Positions 1 through 20,608 of a stretch of DNA of 64,000 nt are shown in pieces. The notes below the pieces were generated by a model. It saw nothing but the letters and a program-made list of their open reading frames with translations, ran no database searches and was not told where the DNA came from. The stretch's first letter is position 1; each line of letters opens with the position of its first letter. This stretch comes from Amoebidium appalachense (lineage: Eukaryota; Protista; Ichthyosporea), in assembly GCA_963693365.1 (NCBI GenBank), contig CAVNZM010000011.1, positions 4,348,639-4,412,638 of the forward strand, read 5' to 3'. A program made the translations under genes and the position numbers.

Positions 1-357
1 AACGAAACTATAGCCCACCCCATTGTTCCGCAATATGCCTTTCAGCTTTCAGCATTGGGGGGGGGGGGGGGGGGGGGGGGAGGAGGAAAAAAGGGGGGGG
101 GGGGGGGGGAAGAAGGAGGGGGGGCTTCTGCCAATAGTCCAGCTCGATAATGTGATATCCAACCTCCCCCCCCCCCCCCCCCCCCCCCTGCGCACCCGTG
201 GGCCACCACCGCCTCCTCATACTTTCCCTTCCCTCACATCATACATCGTGTGTTTATGTAGCCAACGTACTTCGCGTTGTATACCATATCCTAACCAACC
301 AACCATCCCCCCTCCCCCCCGTCCGTCCCCCCCCCCCCCCCCCCCCACCCTTTCTCA

Positions 358-8156
<7,799 letters not shown>

Positions 8157-8411
8157 GACAAATTCTCACTCTCCTATCCTTTTTTTCTCTCGTTTCCCTT
8201 TTTTCTGGTGTTGTTTTTGTTCAGACTTATCTGTGTGTTGCTGTGTTTTGGTGGCTTGCAGGCAATAAGGTGAATATTGGATATTATGATCTCAAATGTG
8301 ATGGGTTATATTGGCTGAGTTGATGTTTGTTGTGGCGGCGGCAATCGTTAATAACACGGCCCCCCTGGGGTGGGGTGCGATGGATGGGTGGGGTGGGAAG
8401 GATGGGGGGGT

Positions 8412-8470
<59 letters not shown>

Positions 8471-8867
8471 CTTTCCTGTGTGAGAAGTTGCGTGCCTGAA
8501 CGGCTGGTTTTCTATTTCTTCTTCGATAAGTGGACATTAATTAGTAATGATTGAATTTCCTTGCAAATGATATATAGTACCCCTTGAAATGAATGGTTTT
8601 TAGTACTGCCTTGAAATGAATGATTTTCGAAATTTACCAAGTCTTGCTTGTCAGGTCGCCTGTATGTTTTTGGCTGCAGTAACCGAGGTCCCACCTTTGA
8701 AATTCATAACCCGTTGTCATATTTTCCGTTAACAGGTCTAATTGGGGCATACTATTAGCCCAGCGGAATGAAGGGCCCAATACAATCAGTAATTAAAAAT
8801 AAATATATTGCACTGCATCACGTCGGACTCAAGGAGGGTATGTGTGTGTGTGTGCCTGGGGGAAGGG

Positions 8868-8915
<48 letters not shown>

Positions 8916-9437
8916 CACGGGCATTGTACTATAACAATACCGTAACGCCTGTACGTTTAGCTGCCAAGCATACTACATACGTATCGATATATAAATATAA
9001 TTTCCTTGCTATATACATCATACATGTACACCCTTTTCCAGTGTGTTTCTCGAATGAGGCTGTGACGAACCATACATGCATATGTCGTCATGGTGGGTCC
9101 CGCCGCAGATTCCGTGAGCCAAACCACTGGGGGGTCAGCTGTACCGTACGCGTGAGCGGTTGTACAAAAGATTGAGTTTTGTTGAAACGTGCTTATAGCA
9201 CTTACATAGTATACAAGTAATTGCTTGGCTCACCAGAAGTCAACATCACACAGCCACACCCACTGCAAACTACATATACGGCACATGCATACATAAATCG
9301 GCGATTTACTTTTTAGCATCGTATCTCTTATAAACTGAGTTCATCGATATCTCAGCAAATTTGGGCTCTCCGTGCATCCTCCTTTCCAATTGTGCATTTA
9401 AATCATCCTGAGCGTGCCCACCTTATTTACTTAGACC

Positions 9438-10230
9438 ATGGAGGCGGTTGAGAAAGTGTGCCAGTTGCTGTGTCCAAACCCACACAAGGCCGGCCGCATG
9501 GTGAAAGCTGCCCCAGGTGAGTGCACATGAAGATGCAATGGCGAAGTGGAATGGCTGGTGGAGGATGGTCCTGTGTGCGTTTGTGAACCTTCATTTTTTA
9601 GAAGGAGGGGGAAGGGGGCGGGGAGGGGAGGTTTTTTAATTAAGAGTGGAGGTGGGGTTTGGGGGAGGGATGAAAGGGGAGGGCGGATGGGGGGGAAAGG
9701 GAGGGCGGGACTCCGGTTTGACTCAATTATGTTTCTGGATCCTCTTGTTTTTGTATGTGCCATTTTCTTGTCCTCCTTCTCTGTGTGCACTTTTGTGGAC
9801 GTTAGTTTCGGCTACACAACCCCGCCGACGCCTACCGTACTTTGAATGTTGGTGTGGTTCGTTTGGATCTCTGTTCTCAGAATGCAGCGAGAAAACATGT
9901 TCTTGCACATTGTGGGCACTAAGGACGGTGAGGTAAGGGGCCACGGGGGGAAAGGGGGGGGGGGGGGGGGGGGGGGGGGTATATACAGATGAGTAAGTAG
10001 ACTCTGGGATGTGTGCCTGTGGTCGCAAGCGGTTTAGAGAGAGTGCCCTGGAGTTGTTGATGCAACTGTGAGTGGGTGGGGGAGCAAGTGCTGTGTGTAC
10101 ATATTGTGCAGGGACCTGCTCTCACGTGTGATGACTTGGTTTACACAGTGATAGTGATAGTTCCCATAAGGTGTTTATTTTCACTTTGGCGCACACACCG
10201 TTGAGGCTTGCAGTTCCGTGTCTCGTTGTC

Positions 10231-10297
<67 letters not shown>

Positions 10298-10492
10298 CTG
10301 GTTGTGTGTGTGAATCTGGTTGTGTGTACGTGTCTCTTATTTTTCTGTCTGTATGTACGTATGTACGTGTGTGTGCTCGCATTCACGGGGGTGCGCACTT
10401 ACTCGTGTGTATATGGGTAGTTAAGTTGTTTGTTCTGTGCGGTACTTGTTGGCCCAGCTTGCGCCATGCCGATAGTCAAGGTGCGAGGAGAC

Positions 10493-10527
<35 letters not shown>

Positions 10528-10635
10528 GGTCTGTGTCGGTGTGTGTGCGTGTTGTTATGTGTATGCATGTTCTGTGTGTGTCTGCAGTTGGGGAGGGGGG
10601 GGTGGGGCAGGGGGAGGGTGGGGGAGGGGGGTGGA

Positions 10636-10671
<36 letters not shown>

Positions 10672-11483
10672 GCAATGGTTTTTGGGTCTGTGCAGATAGT
10701 TGTGCCACATATCGAAGCTTTAGGTGTGTCTTGGGGTGTGATACTTTGTGCTTGGTATTGTTCGCGTTCTTTTCCTTTTTCTAAAACTGAGTGTTTTTTA
10801 CCACTAAAATATTTACCATGATTGCATATACAATTTACTTGCGAACCCTATGCGGGAAAAGTAATCGATAATTTGTTGGTTGGGTTTCTAATATGCTACC
10901 ACCAACATGTTTGTGAACTATTTAGTTCTTCCCAATAATCCCTCCCCCCCCCCCCCCCCCCTCCTTCCCTCCCCCCCCTCCCTCCCCCCTCCTTCCCTCC
11001 CCCCTCCCCCCCCCCCCTCCCTTCCCTCCCCCCCCTCCCCCCACCCGCCTCCCCACCCACCCACCCACCCACCACCCACCCACCCAGTTGTTGATGCTGG
11101 TCTTGAGCAGTATGTACACTGCATAGGCAAGAAACTGGTGAGGAAAAGTGATGAAACACCTGCTGGGCCATCCGCAAAAGAGGTATATAAAGAATATCAA
11201 CCCCCCCCTCCCCCCTTCCCACCCTCTTCACTCAACAAAATGACAAAGTGTGAACACACGAAACTCCTCCTGGGCACATTATCTGTGGTGTGCGTGCATC
11301 GTGCACAGTACACACACCCACCCAACCATGCATTCACTGCAACACACACGTACGCGCACGCATTACGCACACACAAGCACAGATACACAAACACGGATAC
11401 ACACACATGCGGACAAGCACATGCACACACACACACACACACAAACTCACACAAACACCGGGGATGACACGTGCACGCACACA

Positions 11484-11554
<71 letters not shown>

Positions 11555-11942
11555 TGACACGTTTAAGACAAGTATTATGCCAGTAATTGCAAGGTGTAAA
11601 CTCATTTTGGCTTCCTACACCCCTACCCCCACCACAACCACCACCACCACAACCACCATCACAATCACAATCACCACCACCCTTCCTCAAATGCCCACCC
11701 AGCCATCATCCAAACAGCTGCACAGCCCACGTTACTTTTTTCTTTCCCCTATCCCCCTCCCCTCCTCTCCCCGGGTCTTCCCTCTACCTCCCCCCCACCA
11801 GCGCCCTCTCCCCTCCGACCCCCCTACCTCCCCCTCCATCCGTGCTACCACATCTGTTACGCATGATTGTTTCAAGGTACATTTCTAGCATGGATCATTT
11901 AAACGGTTTATTATAGTGATGTGAGCCGAACCCTCCCTCACT

Positions 11943-11973
<31 letters not shown>

Positions 11974-12415
11974 TCCGCCCTCTCGTTTCGTCGACGAAGT
12001 GAATGGTTCGAAACTCGAGTGCTGTAGATGACTTGGCCCCCCCTGAGGATGGGCTCTGCTATGATTCATACAGGCTGTGTGCACTCTGCATTTTTTTTGC
12101 CCGTTATCATTGTGTAATTCGGTCTCCATAACACATTCTACCCCCCCCCCCCCCCCCTCCCCCCCCCCCCCCCCCCCCCTCCTCTCCCTCTCTCCTCCCT
12201 CTCCACTAGGATAGGTGTTTTTGTGTCTGTCTCTGATATCTATTTGTAAGGACTGACACCAGAAATCCCACTCGTCGCAGGTTTATGAGAGCAAATTACC
12301 GGAAGGCTGCCGTATTCTTACCCCGGATACGATTCGAACCATGCAGTTTGTGGATGGGAGGTTAAACTTTGAGCTGGATAAGAAGGGCGTGGTTGTGAGG
12401 ATATTCAAAGGATAA
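9438..12415 (+). CDS. Peptidase inhibitor I78-like small protein (5 exons: 9438-9516, 9881-9932, 10458-10480, 11088-11182, 12281-12415)
   Basis: Phase-compatible GT-AG exons give [17 protein letters not shown]...[12 protein letters not shown]...[44 protein letters not shown]. The C-terminus matches the I78 pattern (GKK...LP..R++.P....TM.+...RLN+.+D..G.V..+..G). The N-terminal exons are less certain. Confidence 0.7.
11981..12140 (+). repeat. Intronic structured-RNA-like dispersed element, 3' partial copy F
   Basis: TCGAAACTCGAGTGCTGTAGATGACTTGGCCCCCCCTGAGGATGGGCTCTGCT...CATTCTA followed by poly-C. It is the reverse complement of the copies at 15.7, 25.8, 41.3 and 62.3 kb and lies in intron 4 of the + strand I78-like gene. 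Confidence 0.8.
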
Positions 12416-13342
12416 ACTCCTTGGTCCTATAATAATTTATTCGGGTTTTAGTCTTAGTTTAGTCGTACATAGATAACCTTTAAAGAAATCTTCTTGCATT
12501 GTCATTTACAGCGATGCCTCAGCCTGGCAACTTCATACATGCACGTTATGACTAATCAAATTAACACCTTCTGCTCATGTGCATGTGGGTACATACACCA
12601 TCACCGCAAATCACACACGCCAGGCATAAAAATTATCACCTGTGAAGGTGTGTGCATGGACCGTTCTTTGATTCACAGTAGGGACTTACCGAGTTAAAAC
12701 TTTGTGCAATTTCAAATAGTGTACCAGGCACCAGAGTCCCTTATCTTTATTTTTATTTTTGTTTTTATTTTTTTTATTTTCTGGCGAGTCTTCGATATCG
12801 ATCATAGCCGTCTCTTCCGAGCCGGGGGCTTTCAATTGTGATTTATCTCACTGAAACATTGTGCTAGTAGTGGGTCCACACATACTCATCATCAAGTTAT
12901 CCCAAGCACGTTTATTGACTTCAAATGTATTATTAGTAAATATAATGTACATGGTGTCGCTACTCTAGACATGTGTGAGCGCACCGCATTCCGACTCTTT
13001 TTGGCTGCCTATCCCTTCATGCTCTGAACGGTAACCCGCCTACGGGTGGCTGCAAATTTAAAGTTGCAGCAAAACGTGACTGTGCAGTGTGATATCGATT
13101 TCTATTTAAAATCATTTGCGGGCAGCTAACATGGCATGCCAAATATAAGAATGTTTGTTCACTAAGGTCATTGCATGGGCTAAATGTGTGAAACGGAAAT
13201 CTGCCTCAAGCATCATGCCGTGACGTGTACACACGTTGGGTTATCTGTGCAGCTAGAAAGAATTCATTAAGAGAGTACCACATCTGATAGCGCAACCCCT
13301 TTGGATGATTGGACAAAATGGCGATGTTCGGCAACCCATCAC

Positions 13343-13415
13343 GGGGGTGTAGCTCAGATGGTAGAGCGCTCGCTTAGCATGCGAGAGGCACGGGGATCGA
13401 TACCCCGCACCTCCA
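13343..13415 (+). tRNA. tRNA-Ala: tRNA-Ala (anticodon AGC)
   Basis: GGGGGTGTAGCTCAGATGGTAGAGCGCTCGCTTAGCATGCGAGAGGCACGGGGATCGATACCCCGCACCTCCA: acceptor stem GGGGGTG/CACCTCC with the G3:U70 alanine identity pair, anticodon arm CTCGC-TTAGCAT-GCGAG, no encoded CCA, and a downstream T5 Pol III terminator. Confidence 0.97.
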
Positions 13416-14100
13416 CTATTTTTGTTGTTTTCTTTTGCTTTCCGGGTTGCCAAGGCCGCCTCGCATCCGTCCCTGGCTTATGACTAGGGGTTTATACACT
13501 TTTATTTGCTTGGTAGGGCCCAGCGTCGCCATGTCTGACCTGCTGCGTTTTCCAGCTCAGTCCTACTGGCTAAGCGGGCTACAAAGAGAAAAGTACGACC
13601 CCAAGGTAATGCGTGACTACTAATATAGAGCTATATGATGCGCGGCATTGTTTTCCCACGATTTATGGTGCTTCGTAGATTAAGAAAACCATGATATATA
13701 TATCAACACCCGACATCTATGTACTTGATCATGATATACCGCTGAGGGGATATTCCGAGCAAAAACTCCGATACCTGAGACTGGTCTCTCTTTGCCTCGA
13801 GTAAACAGCGTAAACCCCAACAGCTTTCCCTCTGTTTCGACTGGTGCCACCGCGCCAATTGCAACTCATACCGTTGAAAAATAGAGAGCAATTGAAAATA
13901 ACAGAGGCCAAGCTGAGGCCCCGGCCATCGGTCGCACATGGCAGGTCTACACTGCAAGCATATGGTCTTGGAGCTCTCACCTTACTAAACATTTGCAATT
14001 ACCGGGACAGGGTTAGACTGCACGGTCCGCCAAGCCTTCTTGTACATGTACATGTGGTTGCACGTGCATACATGATCACTGCTTATGCCAAAGAGGGCAA

Positions 14101-14137
<37 letters not shown>

Positions 14138-14253
14138 TATCGGGATAATCTGAACAGTAGTGGTTTCTGTACTCTGTATTGTTATCAGGCAAAGGATTGC
14201 GCCTGGTCCACAGGACATGGATTGATATTTTTGCTGTTAAGTTACATATAATC

Positions 14254-14291
<38 letters not shown>

Positions 14292-14692
14292 CCCCATAAA
14301 AAAAAAAAAAAAAAAGAAAAAGAAAAAAGAAAAAGAAAGAAAAGAAAAGAATCACGCTGTTGCAGTGCTGAAAGTGAAAAAACGGATTTGGGTCGGAATC
14401 GGCTCGGCCGGCTACAAACTTGTTTTCATACACAGTGAAGCCAACGGCCAAACTTTTGCCTTTGAAGTACTAATCGGTCGATTTCTTTCAATAGAGCGAT
14501 AAATTCAAAACAACACATCTTTGGGAGACCGTACGTTAAGCACCGTGATTTCTCTATCACATATACAGCAGCACCAAAAAGTTATCACAAGAAAACAGTA
14601 GTGTATATATGTGTATTAAAAACGGAGAACAATACATAGACTCAGATACCTGCAGTCTAACCCCACCACTAGCATGAAACTTCGGTGGGGGT

Positions 14693-15161
14693 CTATATCT
14701 GGTTGGGGTCGTTCTTATGGGACCGTCTCTCGTACTCTTTGAGCTTGTAGCGGCGGTGCTGTTTAACCTTACGACGAACCTCAACCAAATTTCTCTTCTG
14801 CAGGCTCCTGCAAAAATTATCATGTCAGATTAGGGAATGTAAAGAGGAAAAAATGAAGACATCAGAATAGAACAAGATTCACCAGAATACACATGCATAT
14901 GTTGCTATCACCTACAAGCGAGGATCTGTGCCTTGAGTGTGCATGTATGTACACAGATGTGTGGCATTTGGGATGTGAGGTGTGCAGGATGTGAGGTGTG
15001 CAATCAGGGGTGGGAACAGGCCAGAGTGTACTTGCATGGGTTGGAGCGCGCGCGCGCGTGTGTGTGTGCGTGCGCTCGTGTGTGGGGAAGTCAGTGGCTG
15101 GGGGGTCGGCAACAGTGGTGGGGGGAAGGTTGGTGGTGGAGGTGGGGGTGGAGGTGGAGGT

Positions 15162-15202
<41 letters not shown>

Positions 15203-15337
15203 TGGTGGTGGAGGGGGGAGGGGGGGGGGGGACAGCACTGTGTGTGTACATCTTGGTGCACATTCGTGGCAATGTGCATATCTGTGAGCTTATAACTGTG
15301 TTTGTGTGGGCATATGTAGTGTGTGGATGCGTGGGAA

Positions 15338-15379
<42 letters not shown>

Positions 15380-16573
15380 TTGGTGTGTATTAGTCCCCCA
15401 TGTGTTAAAGGCTACGACCAAGAGTGAAGGAAGAGGCAAGTATGAGATACCCTATCTAAGTGTGTAAGCGAAAGAGTTGTGCAGTGTGAGGGGGTGGAAA
15501 ACTGCGACAGGTGTGTAGGAGGGATACTATAAACAGGTACACAGCAGACGAAATTCTCCAAGCGTCGCAATTTTTTTTGTTGGGGGGGGGGGGGGTTAAG
15601 GGAGGGCAGTTTGCGTGCTGACGGTGGCCTACTGGCCTACGCGCCGAAGGGAGGGGGGGGGGGGGGGGGGGGGGGTTGAATGCGTCAATAAGTACGAAGT
15701 ACACAAGAACAAACGGATAACACGATGCAGAATGCAAGCCATACATAAAGAGTATGCATAATAAGCAGAGCCCATCCTCAGGGGGGCCCACGTCATCCAC
15801 AGTACCCGAGTTTCGACCTATTCACCTCGTTAACGAAACCCAACTCAGATACTGTTTCTCTTGAACATGGGTAGGTCACCCGTCTTGATCAGAGACGAGC
15901 AGGGTCTTATGCAGGCAAGGGCAGTGGGAAAGGCCGGGGGTTAAAGTTGCAGCAGTAAGCAGAAGCAAGAAAAATATAGATAGGAACTCAGGAGACGGGG
16001 CTTCTAGGAAGCTCCCCCGTTGCTCCCTAAGTCGATACTTCCCTGGCTAACATACTACACCAGCTGAAAAGAATTAAGTCCCGAAGGCCGCAGAACTCGC
16101 AAGCAGAGGGGAAAATATGAGATTTGACCCATGCCGCAGGGTAGGAACACGCTTACTAGGGCAGAACTTTATCGTCTTCGAACGGAAAGCTATGCCCCCG
16201 GATGCCAGCCGGAAATATGGTATCACCCATTGCTTTGGGCTTGAAAAAAGCCAAATCGATAGTCCGAGTTATGTTACGCCGGCGGGTAACATGCCGCATG
16301 GGTCCAAGGGAGCTGTCGCCAACAGAGCGGTGTGTGCATGCGTGCGCGTAACGCAATGTGTGAAGTGTGTCTATAGCTATGAAAGGGGGTATGCAGAAGT
16401 GGACAGATGAAGTGTGTGGAGAGAGAAACAGTAAGAAGAAAAGTAGACACCGGTGTGTGCAACCCCGCACAACATACATACACACACAACACATAAATAA
16501 GCGAAGATTACAGGTAATCAACCAGAACAACAAATGACAAGCAAAACAACAGGCGCCAAAAAAAAAAAAAAAA

Positions 16574-16604
<31 letters not shown>

Positions 16605-18765
16605 AAAGGGGGGGGGGGGGGAGTGGAAATAAAAACACACACACACATACACACCTGAACCTATCCTTCATTAGGCTTCCCTCCGGCTTCAGCTCCCTCA
16701 GCGACCCCGCCAGCTCCTCCGTCAACTGAACAGAAATGGGTTCCTCCACAAACTTAAAACGAGACATCCTCCCCGCAGTGTACATCTTCTGTTTCTTTCT
16801 CTCCTCCCTTCTCTCAATGTTCTTGTTCGTCACCTCTTCCTTCTCTTCCAACTTCCTCTTAATGCTCCTCATATTGTAAATCTCGTTTTCCTTCACCTTT
16901 CCTTCCTTTTCCGCCTTTTTCTTTGCTTCCTCTTCCTTCAACCTCTTCTCCTTGTTTCTCTGCGCACGTGTCTTTCTATCCTCCGACCTTACAGCCTTCG
17001 ATTCCGTCTCCCCTTCCTCCTCCCCCTCTCCCTCCTCCTCCTCTTCCTCTTCATTATCGCTATGCAACATCAACTCTCCGTTTTCGTTCAACCTCAACTT
17101 CATCTCCTCTGTGTACTGCGAATATGGGATGGGCTTGTCTATAGCCCCTGCCTTCTCCTTCCAGTGTGCAAGTTGCTTTTCTTCCTTCTCAATGTGCCCA
17201 ACAGCTGAGCCAAGTGCCGTCTGCAAGAGGAGAAAATGAAATGTGAAGTTACTTTCTGATATCTAGCCCCGGAGGGGAGAGGGGAGGAGGAGGCGGGGGA
17301 GGAGGGGGGGGGGGGGGAGGGGAGGGGGGAGGGGGAGGGGGGAGGCGGTTTTGAATGCATGACTGTTTTTTTTTTTTTTTTTTTTTTTTTTTTGGGGGGG
17401 GAGGGGGGGGGGGGGGGAGTGAGCCTGCTAGGGTGGCATTGCGATGTCACTGCCAAAAATCATTCCCCCTTCTCCCCCTCCCCCCCCCCCCCCCCCCCCC
17501 CACCCCCCCCCCCGGAGGAAAAAAAAAAGCAGCCCATCTCCTGAACACACCAATACACATGCACATACACACACATACACACACACACACACACCAAACA
17601 CGTGGGTATGGGCGTCACAATGGGGGGCGCGGCTAGTGGTAGACTGACAAGGGTTACAAGGGTGCATGTGCGCATGTGTGAACTTCTGCCTTCGGCATGC
17701 AGGCATGTGCAGGCACGTGTGTGCTTTACTTTGTGTGTATATGAGTCTCTCTCTCTCTGTGTGTGTTTGTGTGTGTGGGTGCAGCATGTGTGCGTCTGTG
17801 CGTGTGTGGCACGCGCGTACGTGCACAAGTGTGTTTTCGCATGTGTGTATGCATGTATATCCGTGAAAAAAGGGTAGAAATGGGGGGGGGGGGGGGGGGG
17901 GAGGGGGAGGAGGAGGAGATTGGGGCATCTGTTTATGCCTGAAGAGTTTCGAACAACTACAAACAAAGCATAAATTTCCAATCGACATCTCGCACACACC
18001 TGGTGATCTTCAAACGTCGGGTTGTAGCTCTGGCCGGGGTGGGCTGCCTCGACGGCAGGCAGGAGGGTGGTGGGTCTATTTTTGGTTTTGGGCATCTTGG
18101 CTGCTGGAAGCTTGTTGGGGGGGACAATGGGCTCCGCTGTGTGTGTGTATGTGTTGGGGAAGGTGGGGGGGGGAGAGGGGGGGGGTTTGCGTGTGTGTGT
18201 GCGTGCATGTGCATGTGCGTGTGCTTGTGCGTGTGCTTGTGCATGTGTGTGTGTGTGTGTGTGTGGTCAGGTGGATGAGTGAGTGTGTGTGTGTGTGTTC
18301 AGTGTGAGTAAGTGAGTGAGTGAGGGAGTGAGTGTGTGTTAAGTGAGCGAGTGATTGAGAGAAAGAGAGAGAGAGAGCGTGTGTGTGTGTAATGTGCTTA
18401 AAGGAGCAAAAGGAGCCGGAGAGAGGGGAAGGGATGGGCGAGGGGGGGGGGGGGGGGGGGGGGGGGGGGTTTGGGCGTAAGTGTTTCTGGTGTTGAAACA
18501 TGGGTATTGATTGAAAGGATCAATACCCAAGGTAGAAGATAGGAAGGGGGACAGAGACGGAGACAAGGGAAAGAGGACGCCAGGAAGAGGGCGAGGGGGG
18601 GGGGGGGGATGTGTGTCCTGGATGATTGTATATCGAGCATAGGTCGGTGATGTGCGTCAGTACGGGTAAGTGCATGGGGGGTAAAAAGAGAGAGAGACGA
18701 GGAGGGGGGGGGAGGGGGGGAGAGCAGGAAAGGGTGAGAGGGTACCCCCGGGGGGGGGGGGGGGG

Positions 18766-18802
<37 letters not shown>

Positions 18803-19294
18803 GGGAGGGGGTTTGAACAATGTGGGATATTTTTGGACACAAAAGATGATTAAGGCTATTGTAGGACTAAACCTTCCCAATGAAAGTGTGGTCTAGAAAG
18901 GGTTACGGGGGTGTGGTAAACCTGCTCCCCCCCCATCTCTCCTTATGACTAACTCCTTCTCCCTGCCCACTCTTCTCCTGGCACACCCACGCCCAAACGC
19001 AAAACAACACCCCACATGCAAACACACACAGACACACGCAGGTGAGTCCACCCACCCACACATTTACACACAAACATGTGCTGAGAACATGCATATCAAC
19101 TAGATCACTTACTCACCTCCCTCTCTTCCCCCCCTCCCCCCCCCCCCCACCTCCCCCCCTTTCTCCCCACCACCACCACCATCACAAACACGCACACACG
19201 CACACACTCACACATCTCCCCATCTTACGTCCACCAAGCTCAGCCAACATATGCACATGGGCAGGCACTCTCACATACAGCCTAAATACGTGCA

Positions 19295-19325
<31 letters not shown>

Positions 19326-20566
19326 ACCCCCTTTCCCATCTCCCCACCAATAACAGCCACGTCTGCCACCCACACAATCACTCATCAACACAACACACAC
19401 ACACACACACACGTACACACCTTGCTCCTCCTTGCTCCACACATCCCTCAGATTCGTATCCCTCTTAGCCCCCACCATCGTCGCCGACGGCACTGAAACC
19501 TTTTTCATCGCTTCCTTCTTTTCCTTCTCCTCTTTCGTTGTTGGATCCCCTTTCTTTTTCGCAACCATCTGATGTCCCACGGGTTTCACTTGCGGGTTTG
19601 GATTTAGAGCCTTTTCGATTCGGAGCGGTTTCGGTTCTCTCTTTTTCCTCTTGGGGACAACAGAAGCGGATTCTGAGATTTCTTTTGGCTTCGAGTCGAT
19701 CACGAAAAGTTGTTCGTCCGTTTTGTCCGTCACGCGGCCGCCCATGCGGTGAGCCAATGATTCGTCTTCCATAAACTCATCGATCTGTTTTATGTTTTAC
19801 GATTTTTGTTTTTGTTCAATTTGATGGGTGGTGGTGGTGGTGTGTGCGTGTGTTTGGCGGGGGCGGGGGGGAGGGGGGAGGGAGATGAAGGGGGGGGGAG
19901 GGGAGGTGAGGGGGTGGGGGTGAGGGGGGGGGGGGGGGGTTTGTAAGTTACTGACCGGGGCATGGTGTGAAGAGTACGACGACAAGTGCATAAAATGCAA
20001 TGCACGCACGAGCACACAGCGAGTGTGCAGAACATATGCAAGGCTCACACTTAAGAGCCAGGGAGAGGGAGGATGGGGAGGGGAGGGAGGGGGGGGGGGG
20101 GGGGTGCGCTCGCGCGTGCGTGCATGCTTGTGCGTGGGGCGTGTGCGTGTTTGTGCTTTGACTTCCTGGGGGCGGGGGGAAGGGGAAGAGGATGGGGGGA
20201 GAGGGGGGGGGGGGGGGGGGGAGGAATAGCGTGAGTAAAAGAGTGTGTGAGGGAGTGAGTGAAAGAGTCAGGAGGTGATTGTGTGTGTGTGTGCGTGTGT
20301 GTTTGTGTGTGCACGTGTGTGTGCGTGCACGTGGTGGTGATGGAAGGGCGAAAAGGGAGGAGAGGGGAGGTGGAGGAGTAGGAGGTGTTGTCAAGTGTCT
20401 AAATGTGCTTGTTTTGGGATGAAGGTATGGAGGAGGAAGAGGGGGAGGGGGGAGGGGAAGGGGGAGGAGAGGGGAGTAAGTGCTGGTCAAAATGTGCATG
20501 TCAGTGTGTGCATGTGCGTGAGAGCGTGAATGTGTAATTGTTGGAAGCGTGAAGGGAGTGTGGATG

Positions 20567-20608
<42 letters not shown>

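Noticed and set aside
13253-13483. Short ORFs overlapping the tRNA
   Set aside because: Incidental frames across tRNA-Ala.
15770-15860. Hammerhead ribozyme reading of the intronic element (CGAAAC and CTGAGGA present)
   Set aside because: CTGAGGA is not placed between stem I and stem II relative to GAAA and the NUH site, and GAAA is GGAA in copy B, so the canonical core cannot be built.
15872-15910. 5S rRNA-derived SINE (CACCCG...TGATC...AGCAGGGTC on the + strand)
   Set aside because: The resemblance is short, with no box C or remaining 5S helices.
16156-16654. C-terminal part of the 356-aa ORF as NOP53 coding sequence
   Set aside because: It is read-through into an intron; the true last exon (SLQKRNLVEVR...) is at 14807-14693.
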